Assembly: GCA_028715905.1 (NCBI GenBank)
Contig: JAQUQV010000001.1
Span: 7,216-71,215, forward strand
Reading direction: 5' to 3'
Source: Kiritimatiellia bacterium
Lineage (GTDB): Bacteria > Verrucomicrobiota > Kiritimatiellia > JAAZAB01
DNA length: 64,000 bases
Shown: positions 45,262 to 54,674 of the stretch, one piece after another
Numbering within the stretch: the first letter of the stretch is position 1
Layout: the number at the start of each line of letters is the position of its first letter
Position numbers and translations under genes: made by a program
The notes under the pieces: generated by a model
The model's database searches: none
Told to the model about the DNA's origin: nothing
The model's input: the letters and a program-made list of their open reading frames with translations, nothing else

Positions 45262-46548
45262 TCAAGGGCAAACGCACGGCGCCGCCTGTCTTTCGCCGCA
45301 AAACATTTCACATATTTTACGCGCGACCAGCTCGTGTCCTTTTTCGTTAGGATGCGCCAAATCGGCAAAATAATTCACAACGCCGTTTTTTCCCATTTTT
45401 TTAAAGGTTTCATGCAGATCAACACAAGCCGTTTTTCTTGCCCCTGCAACAACTTTTACCATCGCGGCATAATCGTCAAGCATGTTGAATCTCGGCCCCC
45501 TTCCGGGCATCGTCGCCAGCAGCAGGATTGACGTCCGCCCGTTTGTGTCGCCGGCGATCCTGTCCAGGTAATCATCCAGCGATTTGCCGAAAGACTCCGC
45601 CGAAAATTTCCTGGATTTGTCATTGTAACCGAAATGAATGATCACCAAATCGGGCTTCGCCCCGTCAAAATCCCTGGGCAGCCAAGTCCGCGCCCATACA
45701 AGATCGGAACCTCCGACGGCTTTGCTTTCCGAGTATATTTCACCGTAACCGAACTTTTCCCTGAGCATTGTTTCCAGCGCTTTTGCATATCGGTCGCGAT
45801 CCATGTTTTTCAGCCCCACTCCGACCGTGATGGAGTCGCCAATGCAGAATATCCTGACCGGCTTTTTATCCCGGAGTTTGGCCAAAACTGTTTCAAACGG
45901 AAGAAACGTTTTGGCTTTCACCGCTTGGTCTTTTATTTTACCTTCAAACATCAAGTCATCAACGCAGAATTCATGAACCGGGATGTTTTTATTGTTGTGC
46001 GAAATTTTCCACCCAGTGCCGAATTGAAAATTAATCAGACCGCTCGGGACGAGGGCCGTTCCGCTGAAATTAACCGGCTCAAAATCGCCCTGCGGAATGA
46101 AGTCGGACCAGCCGACGCAAAACGGGCGCCATTGGGTATTCTTCAGCGAAAAAGCGCAGGCGTATGAATATCCATATCTGTCTGATGCCGTTATATATCC
46201 GTAATTATCGGAACCATCCCCCTTGACCTTGAAGGATATCCCCTCAAATCCATCCATGTCCATCTTGTCGCTCCCTGGAAACCAATATTTCCCGTAGTTT
46301 TTGCGGACAATACCCGGCATTTTGATTTTTATCGCCGAATTTCCCGGCTTTTCCCCTGCGCATCTTTCAAAAGATGCCGTGGCGCTCGCGTTCGTCCAGC
46401 CGTTAAGAGTCTCAAAATCATCTATCATTATGTTTTCAGGCATAGCGCCGGGCGCTTTTGAAACCAAAAGAAAGACGGAAAACAAAAAGATAAAAAAACG
46501 GGCGGAATTCAGTCTGATCAATTTGACTCCCTTGAAAAAAAATTTCAT
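45262..46548 (-). CDS. secreted SGNH/GDSL hydrolase with N-terminal carbohydrate-binding-like domain
   Basis: 428 aa. It has a signal peptide and SGNH blocks GDSIT, GGSD, FGYND and DLAHPN. The ATG overlaps the gatB TGA (ATGA). Confidence 0.75.
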   Translation of the reverse strand: MKFFFKGVKLIRLNSARFFIFLFSVFLLVSKAPGAMPENIMIDDFETLNGWTNASATASFERCAGEKPGNSAIKIKMPGIVRKNYGKYWFPGSDKMDMDGFEGISFKVKGDGSDNYGYITASDRYGYSYACAFSLKNTQWRPFCVGWSDFIPQGDFEPVNFSGTALVPSGLINFQFGTGWKISHNNKNIPVHEFCVDDLMFEGKIKDQAVKAKTFLPFETVLAKLRDKKPVRIFCIGDSITVGVGLKNMDRDRYAKALETMLREKFGYGEIYSESKAVGGSDLVWARTWLPRDFDGAKPDLVIIHFGYNDKSRKFSAESFGKSLDDYLDRIAGDTNGRTSILLLATMPGRGPRFNMLDDYAAMVKVVAGARKTACVDLHETFKKMGKNGVVNYFADLAHPNEKGHELVARKICEMFCGERQAAPCVCP

Positions 46549-47972
46549 CCCAGCTTTTGTTTCAACAACTCCCGTGCCATTTGCGGATTGGCCTTGCCGC
46601 GGCTCAGGCGCATGACCTGGCCAACCAGGTATTTCAGGGCCGCCTCTTTCCCGGCCCGGTAGTCGGACACAGATTTGGGATTGCTCTCCATGGCTTTCCG
46701 GACAAAATCTTCAATTTCACCCGCATCGCTCACCTGGACGAGCCCCATGGCTTCCATCAACCGGCCGGGGGCGCCGCCTTTTTCAAACAGCGCCGCGAAA
46801 ATCTGCTTGGCGCTGTTGGAATTGATTTTCCCCTCGTCCGCCAGTTTCACGAGTTCCGCGAGGGACTGCGGCGTGATCTGCGCGTCCTTGATCTCCATTT
46901 CCTTTTCGGCAAGCAGGCGGAGCATCTCGGTCATGACAAAATTGGAAACCGCCTTCGGGTTAACCGAGAGGCCGGCGGCCTTCTCAAAAAAATCGGCGAG
47001 GTCCTTGTCGGCCGACAACACCTTGGCGTCATACTCGGGGATTGCATACTGGCGCGCGAGGCGCGCGCACCGCTGGCGCGGCAGTTCGGGGATATCCTTT
47101 TCCCAGAGCTGAATCTGCTCCCGGCTCAAGAGCACCGGCAGGAGGTCCGGGTCCGGAAAATAACGATAATCATGGGCTTCCTCCTTGGAGCGCATGCTTT
47201 CGGTTACCCCCCGTTCCGAGTCCCAGCGCCGCGTTTCCTGGGTGATCATGCCTCCGGAATTCAACACTTCCGTCTGCCGGGCGATTTCGTAATTCAAGGC
47301 CTGGAAGACCCCCTTGAAAGTATTAAGGTTTTTTATTTCGGTTTTAACGCCCAGACGCTCCCGGCCTTCGGGGCGGATGCTGCAGTTTATATCGCAGCGC
47401 ACGTTTCCTTCTTCCAGATTGCAGCGGCTGACAAGGCCGTAGTTTAAAATCTGTTTCAGGGCCAGCAGAAAGGCAAAGGCTTCTTCCGGCGAAGCCATGT
47501 CAGGTTCGGTTACAACCTCCATGAGCGGATGGCCGGCGCGGTTAAAATCAACGCTGCTCAATTCGCCGATGTGCATGTTTTTCCCGACATCTTCCTCCAG
47601 GTGAATGCGCGTCAAAGACACTTTTTTGACCTTTTCGCCGCAAGTGATTTCCACGGCGCCGCCGACGCAAAACGGGCAATCGTACTGGGAAATCTGGTAA
47701 TTTTTAGGCATGTCCGGGTAAAAATAATTTTTGCGGTCAAACTTGCTGAAGCGGTTGATTTTTGAGCCAAGCATGAGGCCGGTCAAAACGGTCAGGCGGA
47801 CGGCTTCCTCGTTGATCACCGGCAAGGCCCCGGGATAACCGAGACAGACCGGACAGACCTGGGTGTTTTCCCCGGCGCCGTAATCGGTTTTGCAGGCGCA
47901 GAACATTTTTGTCCTGGTCAGCAGTTGCACGTGCACTTCAAGTCCGATGGTCGCCAGAAATTTCATACTCAT
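46545..47972 (-). CDS. gatB: Asp/Glu-tRNA amidotransferase subunit B
   Basis: The start is at ATG 47972 (MSMKFLATIGLEVHVQL), forming an ATGA overlap with the gatA stop. A GatB/YqeY C-terminal domain is present. Confidence 0.9.
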   Translation of the reverse strand: MSMKFLATIGLEVHVQLLTRTKMFCACKTDYGAGENTQVCPVCLGYPGALPVINEEAVRLTVLTGLMLGSKINRFSKFDRKNYFYPDMPKNYQISQYDCPFCVGGAVEITCGEKVKKVSLTRIHLEEDVGKNMHIGELSSVDFNRAGHPLMEVVTEPDMASPEEAFAFLLALKQILNYGLVSRCNLEEGNVRCDINCSIRPEGRERLGVKTEIKNLNTFKGVFQALNYEIARQTEVLNSGGMITQETRRWDSERGVTESMRSKEEAHDYRYFPDPDLLPVLLSREQIQLWEKDIPELPRQRCARLARQYAIPEYDAKVLSADKDLADFFEKAAGLSVNPKAVSNFVMTEMLRLLAEKEMEIKDAQITPQSLAELVKLADEGKINSNSAKQIFAALFEKGGAPGRLMEAMGLVQVSDAGEIEDFVRKAMESNPKSVSDYRAGKEAALKYLVGQVMRLSRGKANPQMARELLKQKLG

Positions 47973-49453
47973 TTTTTTACGTCCGGCCGCCGCAGATGCC
48001 ACTGCGCGGCCTGTTCATAGGCATAACCGGCGCGCAAAAGCACATCTTCGCGGAAGGCCGGCCCCAGAATCTGCAGTCCCACCGGGAGATTTTGCGCCGT
48101 GAAACCGCAGGGAACGGACAAGGCGCAGATCCCGGCCAGATTGGCGGGGATGGTGAAAATATCTCCCAAATACATTTGTAACGGGTCCTCAATCTTTTCA
48201 CCTATTTTATAGGCGGGGGCCGGCGCCACCGGCGCCAGCAAAACGTCGCATTCTTCGGCAAAAACCCTTTCAAAATCGCGGCGGATCAAGGTGCGCACTT
48301 TCTGCGCCCGCAGGTAATAGGCGTCATAATAGCCGCTGCTCAAAACGTATGTTCCCAGGATAATCCGCCTTTTGACTTCAGCGCCGAATCCTTCCGCCCG
48401 CGTGCGGCAATACATTTCATACGGATCGTCCGCGTTTTTCGCCCGGCAGCCATAACGCACACCGTCAAAGCGGGCCAGATTGGCGGAAGCTTCGGCGCAT
48501 GCAATGATGTAATAAACGGCCACCGCATGGGGGGTCATGGGCAGATTCACATCAACAATTGCGGCCCCCAGCCTTTCGCATTCGGCGACCGCCGCCCGGA
48601 CACATTTTTCAACTTCCGCGTCCATGCCGTCAATGAAATACTCCTTTGGCAGGCCGATTTTCAATCCTTTCAAATCGGTCCGCAGGCCGCTTTCATAATC
48701 CGGGACGGTAATTTTCGCCGAGGTGGAATCGCGCTCGTCATGTCCCGCGATTGTTTTCAGAAGGATGGCGGCATCCCGGACGCATTTCGTCATGGGGCCG
48801 ATCTGATCCAGAGATGAGGCAAAAGCCGTAAGGCCGTAGCGCGAGACGCGGCCGTAGCTGGGTTTTAAGCCCACACATCCGCAAAATGAAGCGGGCTGGC
48901 GCACCGAACCGCCGGTATCGCTGCCCAGCGCGGCAATGGTTTCATCGGCGGCCACCGCCGCGGCCGAGCCGCCGCTGGAACCGCCCGGGACATAATCCCG
49001 GTTCCACGGATTTCGCGTTATTTTATAAGCCGAATTTTCGGTAGAGGCGCCCATCGCAAATTCGTCCATGTTGGTCCGCCCCAGAAACACGGCCCCTTCC
49101 CTGCGCAGCCGCGCGATCACAGTGGCATCGTATGGAGCGACATAACCGGAAAGAATCCGAGAGGCGCACGTGCAGGTCTGGCCCTGGACGTTGATAAGGT
49201 CCTTAACGGCCAGCGGAACTCCCAAAAGAGGGAGTTCCGTTCCCTTCCGGCGGAGTTCGTCCGCCCGGCGCGCCTGGGCGAGCGCATATTCTTCATCCAG
49301 ACTGACAAAGGCGCCTATTTGCGAATCGTTTTTGCGGATGACCGCGATCAATTCCTGAACGAGTTCCAGGGAAGAACACTTGCGCTCCCGCAGCAACGCG
49401 CTGACTTCAGCCATATTCTGTTCATGCCACGCCTTCATTGCCTTAAAAATCAA
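47969..49453 (-). CDS. gatA: Asp/Glu-tRNA amidotransferase subunit A
   Basis: 494 aa. It has the amidase signature GGSSGGSAAAVA. An ATGA overlap links it to the gatC stop. Confidence 0.9.
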   Translation of the reverse strand: MIFKAMKAWHEQNMAEVSALLRERKCSSLELVQELIAVIRKNDSQIGAFVSLDEEYALAQARRADELRRKGTELPLLGVPLAVKDLINVQGQTCTCASRILSGYVAPYDATVIARLRREGAVFLGRTNMDEFAMGASTENSAYKITRNPWNRDYVPGGSSGGSAAAVAADETIAALGSDTGGSVRQPASFCGCVGLKPSYGRVSRYGLTAFASSLDQIGPMTKCVRDAAILLKTIAGHDERDSTSAKITVPDYESGLRTDLKGLKIGLPKEYFIDGMDAEVEKCVRAAVAECERLGAAIVDVNLPMTPHAVAVYYIIACAEASANLARFDGVRYGCRAKNADDPYEMYCRTRAEGFGAEVKRRIILGTYVLSSGYYDAYYLRAQKVRTLIRRDFERVFAEECDVLLAPVAPAPAYKIGEKIEDPLQMYLGDIFTIPANLAGICALSVPCGFTAQNLPVGLQILGPAFREDVLLRAGYAYEQAAQWHLRRPDVKK

Positions 49454-49749
49454 ACGATTTTCGGAACAAGGAACTGCCGGCCGTCATGGACCGGCGCGTT
49501 ATGCAACACGGCGTCCCGGTCCAAGCCGGGACGGCATTCATCGCGGCGGAAAACATTTTGATCCGCCGTTGAATGAGCCGTAGGCGGCGCATTCTCCACG
49601 TCAACCATGGAAATATCGTTGACATAGGCAACAATTTTCTCCAGCTGTTGCTGGAAAAGCGCCTTTTCTTCCGCACTAAGCGAAATCCTGGCAAGCTCAG
49701 CCACGTATTCCACGTCAATTTTACTGACGGCATCGTTTTTGTCTGCCAT
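49450..49749 (-). CDS. gatC: Asp/Glu-tRNA amidotransferase subunit C
   Basis: The ORF reaches 49824. I chose ATG 49749 as the start (MADKNDAVSKIDVEYVAELARISL), which gives about 99 aa, typical for GatC. Confidence 0.85.
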   Translation of the reverse strand: MADKNDAVSKIDVEYVAELARISLSAEEKALFQQQLEKIVAYVNDISMVDVENAPPTAHSTADQNVFRRDECRPGLDRDAVLHNAPVHDGRQFLVPKIV

Positions 49750-49955
49750 TGGCCTGACTCCTCCCGCGAAACGTTCCCGCCTTGCAAGGAGCGGAAACGC
49801 AATTGGACAATTTAAGCGCGGCATTCACGAGTTGTCAATTCCATTCCACATCATTTCATGTTAACCGGACGCCGAAAAAAGAATTGAACATTGCCGGCGG
49901 TTAATATAATAATGTCAATAAGGATCAAAATTCGTTTTTACATATCAAGGCAATT

Positions 49956-52904
49956 GTGGCGGCAACAAACACCATAACGACCGCGGAAATTGACCTGCTC
50001 CAACGAAGCAACCGCCTGTGGCGCGCCTCAACCGAGGCAATCAGCATTCTTTTATCCAGCCAGGATTCAGCAGGCAATATCGCCCGCGTCCTGGAAGCAA
50101 TCGGCGGGGCGGCCGATGTGGACCGGGTTTATATTTTTGAAAACCACCCCGGCCGCCGGGCCGGCGAGCAGCTCACCAGCCAACGCTATGAATGGACCCG
50201 CACCGGCGTCTCCGCGCAGATTGCAAATCCCGCCATGCAAAATCTTTCCTATTTTCCGGAGTTTAAGCGCTGGTATGAAACGCTTTCCGCCGGACAACCG
50301 GTTTCAGGCCTGATCCGCGATTTTCCGGAAGCGGAAAAACAACTGCTGGCGCCGCAGGATATCGTCTCCCTTCTGGCCGTGCCGATAAAAATCCGGGAAC
50401 AGCTTTGGGGGTTCATCGGTTTTGACGATTGCCGGCGGGAACGGGCATGGACGCCGGCTGAAACCTCAATTCTCGCCGCCATTGCCGGCAACCTCGGCCA
50501 CATCATGCTCCAGCGGCAAACGGAAAAAAATTTCAGGCTTTTTCAGGCGGCCATGGACAGCGCCGGGGACGCCATCGGCATAGCCGACATGCGCGGCATT
50601 CATTTTTACCAGAACGAGGCTTTCCGCAGCCTCTTCGGATATACCGTCCGGGAACTTCAGAACGCCGGCGTCGCCGCCATTTATAACAATCCGGCCCAGC
50701 ACCGGGAGGTGTTTAAATCAATTCTGGCCGGCGGCTCATGGCACGGCGAGATTGAAATGCGCAGCCGGGCCGGAAAAATCATCTCCGTCCTCCTCCGCGC
50801 CGATGCGGTCAAAGACAACGACGGCCAACTGATCGCGGTATTTGGCGTCCACACGGACATAACCGCGCGCAAGGAAACAGAAACCGCCCTCCAGGAAAAA
50901 GAGATACGTTACCGCCGGCTGGTTGAGGCAATTACCGATTACATTTACACGGTAGACGTTGAAAACGGACGGGCCGTCCGCACCCGGCATGGTCCGAACT
51001 GCGTCGCGGTTACCGGTTATTCCTCTCAGGACTACCAGGATGACCAGGACCTCTGGTTCAAAATGGTCCACCCGGACGAGCGGCCGGCCGTTATGCAACA
51101 GGCGCAGGGCATTTTGAACGGGAAAAACATCCAGCCGATTGAACACCGCATTTATCACAAAAACGGGCAGGTCCGCTGGGTGCGCAACACGCCGGTCCCG
51201 CATTTTGACTCCTCCGGCCGCCTGGTGTCCTATGACGGCCTGGTCTGCGACGTAACGGAACGCAAAAACGCAGAAGAACAACTGACGGAACACGCCCGCA
51301 AGCTTGAAATTCTGAACCGGATTATTACGGCGGTAAACCGGGTGGACAATCTCGGCATGTTGCTCAATGAATTATTGAAATCGTCAATGGAAATGGTCTC
51401 ATTTGAAGGCGGAGGCATTTATCTGGTTAATTCCAACGCCGCAACGGCCGAACTGGTCTGCCACCAGGGATTGCCGGAAGATTTCCTCAAAAAATACGGG
51501 CTGCTGCCGCTTGCCTCCGCCAATTGCCGGATGCTGTTTCTTGAAGGCAAGCCGATTTTCACCGACGACTATTCAACCATATCTTCCGAAAGCGGATCGC
51601 GCTGGAACAAGCAGAGCGTGGCGCGCATACCGCTCGTCTGCCGGGACAGAATTATCGGCGCGCTGGTGCTCGTCAACACCATGGGACACACCTTCAACGA
51701 AAATGAAAAAGGCCTGCTCCTTTCCATCGGCCGCCAGATCGGAACGGCCATCGCCAAAATGCGGTCGGAAACGGCGCTGCGCGAAAGCGAAAGAAAATAC
51801 CGCACCATCACCGAGCAGTCGCTGGTCGGCATCCAGATCATAAAGGACGGCCTGGTCCTGTTTGTCAACGACGGGTGGACAAAAATAACGGGATACAGCC
51901 TGCCGGAAATAACGGGATGGAACATTGAAGAATACCTGCGGATCATCCACCCCGAAGACCGCGCCTTTTGCGCGGAACAGCTCCGCGGAAACCAAGCGGG
52001 GTTTCCCGAAACCATCCTGCCCATATACGACTGCCGTTTCACCGCCAAAACCGGCGAAACGAAATGGGTTTCCATCCATTCCCGGCCCGTGGAATTCACC
52101 GATGGCCGCGCCGCAGTCAGCATGATTATTGACATCACCGACCGCAAGCTGGCGGCGGCCGAACTCCTTGCCGCCAACAAGCAGTTATCAGCCGCCAACA
52201 AGCATCTTGTCCGGCGCGAAAAGGAACTGTTGAAAGCCAACTATGAAAAGGAAATACTGCTGAAAGAAATCCATCACCGGGTCAAAAACAACCTGCAGGT
52301 AATCAGCAGCCTGATTAACCTGGAATTGCACAACATCGCCGATCCCGACGCCGTGGGTCTGCTCAAGGAATGCCAGAACAGGATTAAGACCATCGCCATG
52401 ATCCACGAAAAAATGTACCAGTGGGGCGACATGACCAGGATTGACATCGGCAATTATCTGGAAAGCCTGACCGGCCATATCAGCCGCATGTACCTGAAGC
52501 ATCCCGCTTCGGTAACAGTCGCCGTAAACGCCAAAAACGTTTACCTGCCCATCAACCAGGCCATTCCCTGCGCCCTGCTGGCCAACGAGCTCGTCGTCAA
52601 TTCGCTGAAACACGCCTTCCCGGAAAACCGCCCCGCGGACGGCAAAATCACCGTGGAAATGAAAGACGACCGGGACGGACGCTATGTCCTTACCGTGAGC
52701 GACAACGGCATCGGACTGCCGGCCGGCATAGACTGCCGCAAGACAAAGTCGCTGGGGATGCAGCTGGTAAGCACTTTCGTCAATCAACTGGAGGGAACGC
52801 TGGAAATCACCGGCGGGCCGGGCGCAACATTCAAAATCGTTTTTGCGCATGCCGCGGAAAAAAGCTTGACCGCCCCCGTAACCGCCGCCGGCGGAGAGGC
52901 ATAA
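49956..52904 (+). CDS. multi-domain sensor histidine kinase (GAF-PAS-PAS-PAS-GAF-PAS-HisKA_2-HATPase)
   Basis: 982 aa with a GTG start. The H-box is EIHHRVKNNLQVISSLINL (HisKA_2/HWE type). The ATPase shows DNGIGLP. There are several PAS/PAC blocks and no TM segments. Confidence 0.8.
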   Translation: MAATNTITTAEIDLLQRSNRLWRASTEAISILLSSQDSAGNIARVLEAIGGAADVDRVYIFENHPGRRAGEQLTSQRYEWTRTGVSAQIANPAMQNLSYFPEFKRWYETLSAGQPVSGLIRDFPEAEKQLLAPQDIVSLLAVPIKIREQLWGFIGFDDCRRERAWTPAETSILAAIAGNLGHIMLQRQTEKNFRLFQAAMDSAGDAIGIADMRGIHFYQNEAFRSLFGYTVRELQNAGVAAIYNNPAQHREVFKSILAGGSWHGEIEMRSRAGKIISVLLRADAVKDNDGQLIAVFGVHTDITARKETETALQEKEIRYRRLVEAITDYIYTVDVENGRAVRTRHGPNCVAVTGYSSQDYQDDQDLWFKMVHPDERPAVMQQAQGILNGKNIQPIEHRIYHKNGQVRWVRNTPVPHFDSSGRLVSYDGLVCDVTERKNAEEQLTEHARKLEILNRIITAVNRVDNLGMLLNELLKSSMEMVSFEGGGIYLVNSNAATAELVCHQGLPEDFLKKYGLLPLASANCRMLFLEGKPIFTDDYSTISSESGSRWNKQSVARIPLVCRDRIIGALVLVNTMGHTFNENEKGLLLSIGRQIGTAIAKMRSETALRESERKYRTITEQSLVGIQIIKDGLVLFVNDGWTKITGYSLPEITGWNIEEYLRIIHPEDRAFCAEQLRGNQAGFPETILPIYDCRFTAKTGETKWVSIHSRPVEFTDGRAAVSMIIDITDRKLAAAELLAANKQLSAANKHLVRREKELLKANYEKEILLKEIHHRVKNNLQVISSLINLELHNIADPDAVGLLKECQNRIKTIAMIHEKMYQWGDMTRIDIGNYLESLTGHISRMYLKHPASVTVAVNAKNVYLPINQAIPCALLANELVVNSLKHAFPENRPADGKITVEMKDDRDGRYVLTVSDNGIGLPAGIDCRKTKSLGMQLVSTFVNQLEGTLEITGGPGATFKIVFAHAAEKSLTAPVTAAGGEA

Positions 52905-52920
52905 CCTTTCAGCCGACAAA

Positions 52921-52992
52921 CGCGCCCAAGGAGAGTCGAACTCCTCTTCCCAGGATGAAAACCTGGTGTCCTGACCGATAGACGATGGGCGC
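52921..52992 (-). tRNA. tRNA-Glu (anticodon UUC)
   Basis: The 72-nt cloverleaf read by hand is GCGCCCA-TC-GTCT-ATCGGTCA-GGAC-A-CCAGG-TTTTCAT-CCTGG-GAAG-AGGAG-TTCGACT-CTCCT-TGGGCGC-G. CCA is not encoded. Confidence 0.9.
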
Positions 52993-53145
52993 TGAAATGT
53001 CGCATCCGTTGCAACCCCCAAAAAACAGTCCTGCATTTATAAATCATCCGGCCGCAAAGATCAAAGCTATTTGACAAAAAAATAAGGGCGAATCCTGTTT
53101 GCGGCTATGACCTTAATTTTGCGCATGCGGACGCGCAAAATAAGG

Positions 53146-53163
53146 TTTTAACGAAATTTTAAC
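53146..53163 (+). promoter_or_regulatory. candidate Pho-box-like direct repeat
   Basis: TTTTAAC-GAAA-TTTTAAC is two identical 7-mers with a 4-nt spacer (11-bp period), about 135-150 nt upstream of the porin-pst operon start. The consensus for this lineage is unknown. Confidence 0.3.
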
Positions 53164-53295
53164 CCGCCGCTCATTTTATCCTAACCGGCCTCTTTTAACT
53201 TTTCCCGTAATTCGGGCGTGTCCCGCCGCGATCAAAAAGCTTCCGCACAACGCGGAACGCGCGGCGGAAACAACACAACCGAAAGAAAGGAAAAG

Positions 53296-54525
53296 ATGAG
53301 AAGAAAACAACCGGCAATGAGTCCGCTCGCGGCGGTTTTGGCGGCAATAGGATTGACCGCGGCCGCCGGCGCGCAGACAAACGAGTTAAAACTTCCGGAG
53401 CCGGCGGCGGCGCCCGCCGCGGTTGTTGCGGCGCCAAAAACCCAAAGCTGGACCGATTACGTGAAATTCAAGGGCGACGTGCGCCTGCGGCTGGAAACAA
53501 TCAACGACGATTCCAGGAAAAATTCGGCGGGCGAACATTACACCCGCGACCGCATGCGCATCCGCGCGCGGCTCGGGGCGGAGGCGCAAGCGGATGACCT
53601 GAAAGCCGGCCTCCGGATTTCAACCGGCGGCGCAGATCCTGTTTCCGGAAACGCGACGCTCGGCGACGGTTTCCAGAAAAAGGAATTCCGCCTGGACCAG
53701 GCCTACCTGGATTACGCCCTTCTGAAAAATGACCTCTACGGCCTGAACCTGATCGGCGGAAAAATGAGCAATCCCCTGATCAATTACGGCAATGACGACC
53801 TGGTCTGGGATTCCGATCTAACCCCGGAAGGCCTCGCCGCCAGAGGGAAATGCGGCAACGACTGGCTGACTTTCCTCGCCAATGCCGAGGGACTTTATAT
53901 CAAGGACCGCAATTCCCAGCCCAACGCCGCCGCCTGGATCGGCCAGGGCGCGCTCAAGTTCGCGTTCATGCCGGAAATCAGCCTGACCGTCGGCGGGAGT
54001 TACTCGGCCTACCAGAATTTCAAGGGCTATGACGTGATTGACTGGCAAGACCAGAATAATTCCTACGGCAACAGCGCCATCGCCGGCACGGTTACAGACG
54101 GGGTAACCAACAAAGCCTGGGCCTGCGAATTTACCCCCATTATGGGATTCGGCAATTTGGACATGTTTGTCTGGAATATTCCCGTGAAAATCTTCGGCCA
54201 GGCGCTGACCAATCCCAAAGCCGACGATTATAAAAACGGTTACATGGGCGGCATAGCCCTGGGCAAGGCCAAAAACCCGAAGACCTTTGAATGCGGTTAC
54301 AGCTATGCCAAACTTGAAAAGGACGCCACGCTCGGCATGTGGACCGATTCCGACCGCTGGGGCGGCGGCACCGACGGCAAGGGCAGCCGGTTCTACGGCA
54401 AATATCAGATTAACAAATACCTGCAGGTTGCCGCAACTTTCTTTATGGACACAAAACGCATATCCGATCCCGCAAAAGAAACGGATTATAATCGTCTACA
54501 GATTGATCTGCAGGCGACATTCTGA
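53296..54525 (+). CDS. outer-membrane porin (putative phosphate/anion porin of the pst locus)
   Basis: I moved the start to ATG 53296 (MRRKQPAMSPLAAVLAAIGLTAAAGAQ signal peptide). It has an alternating beta-strand pattern and a C-terminal ...LQATF. Its position is immediately upstream of pstS. Confidence 0.65.
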   Translation: MRRKQPAMSPLAAVLAAIGLTAAAGAQTNELKLPEPAAAPAAVVAAPKTQSWTDYVKFKGDVRLRLETINDDSRKNSAGEHYTRDRMRIRARLGAEAQADDLKAGLRISTGGADPVSGNATLGDGFQKKEFRLDQAYLDYALLKNDLYGLNLIGGKMSNPLINYGNDDLVWDSDLTPEGLAARGKCGNDWLTFLANAEGLYIKDRNSQPNAAAWIGQGALKFAFMPEISLTVGGSYSAYQNFKGYDVIDWQDQNNSYGNSAIAGTVTDGVTNKAWACEFTPIMGFGNLDMFVWNIPVKIFGQALTNPKADDYKNGYMGGIALGKAKNPKTFECGYSYAKLEKDATLGMWTDSDRWGGGTDGKGSRFYGKYQINKYLQVAATFFMDTKRISDPAKETDYNRLQIDLQATF

Positions 54526-54674
54526 ATGACATAAGAAGGATTCCGGCGTGAAAACCAGAAACATCCTGCATATGGAAGCGGAACATGGCGGTCTTGAACC
54601 AATAGTCCTAATGCCAGGATAACATTTGTTTGTTTAACTGGCGGTAAAAGGAAGGAAGAAGGAGAAGAAAAAAC

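Noticed and set aside
49884-49910. Sigma70-like promoter TTGAAC ... TATAAT upstream of the histidine kinase
   Set aside because: The spacer between the hexamers is only 15 nt. The alternative 17-nt register gives a poor -10 (TAATAA). Promoter consensus for this lineage is unknown, so this is not reported as a feature.
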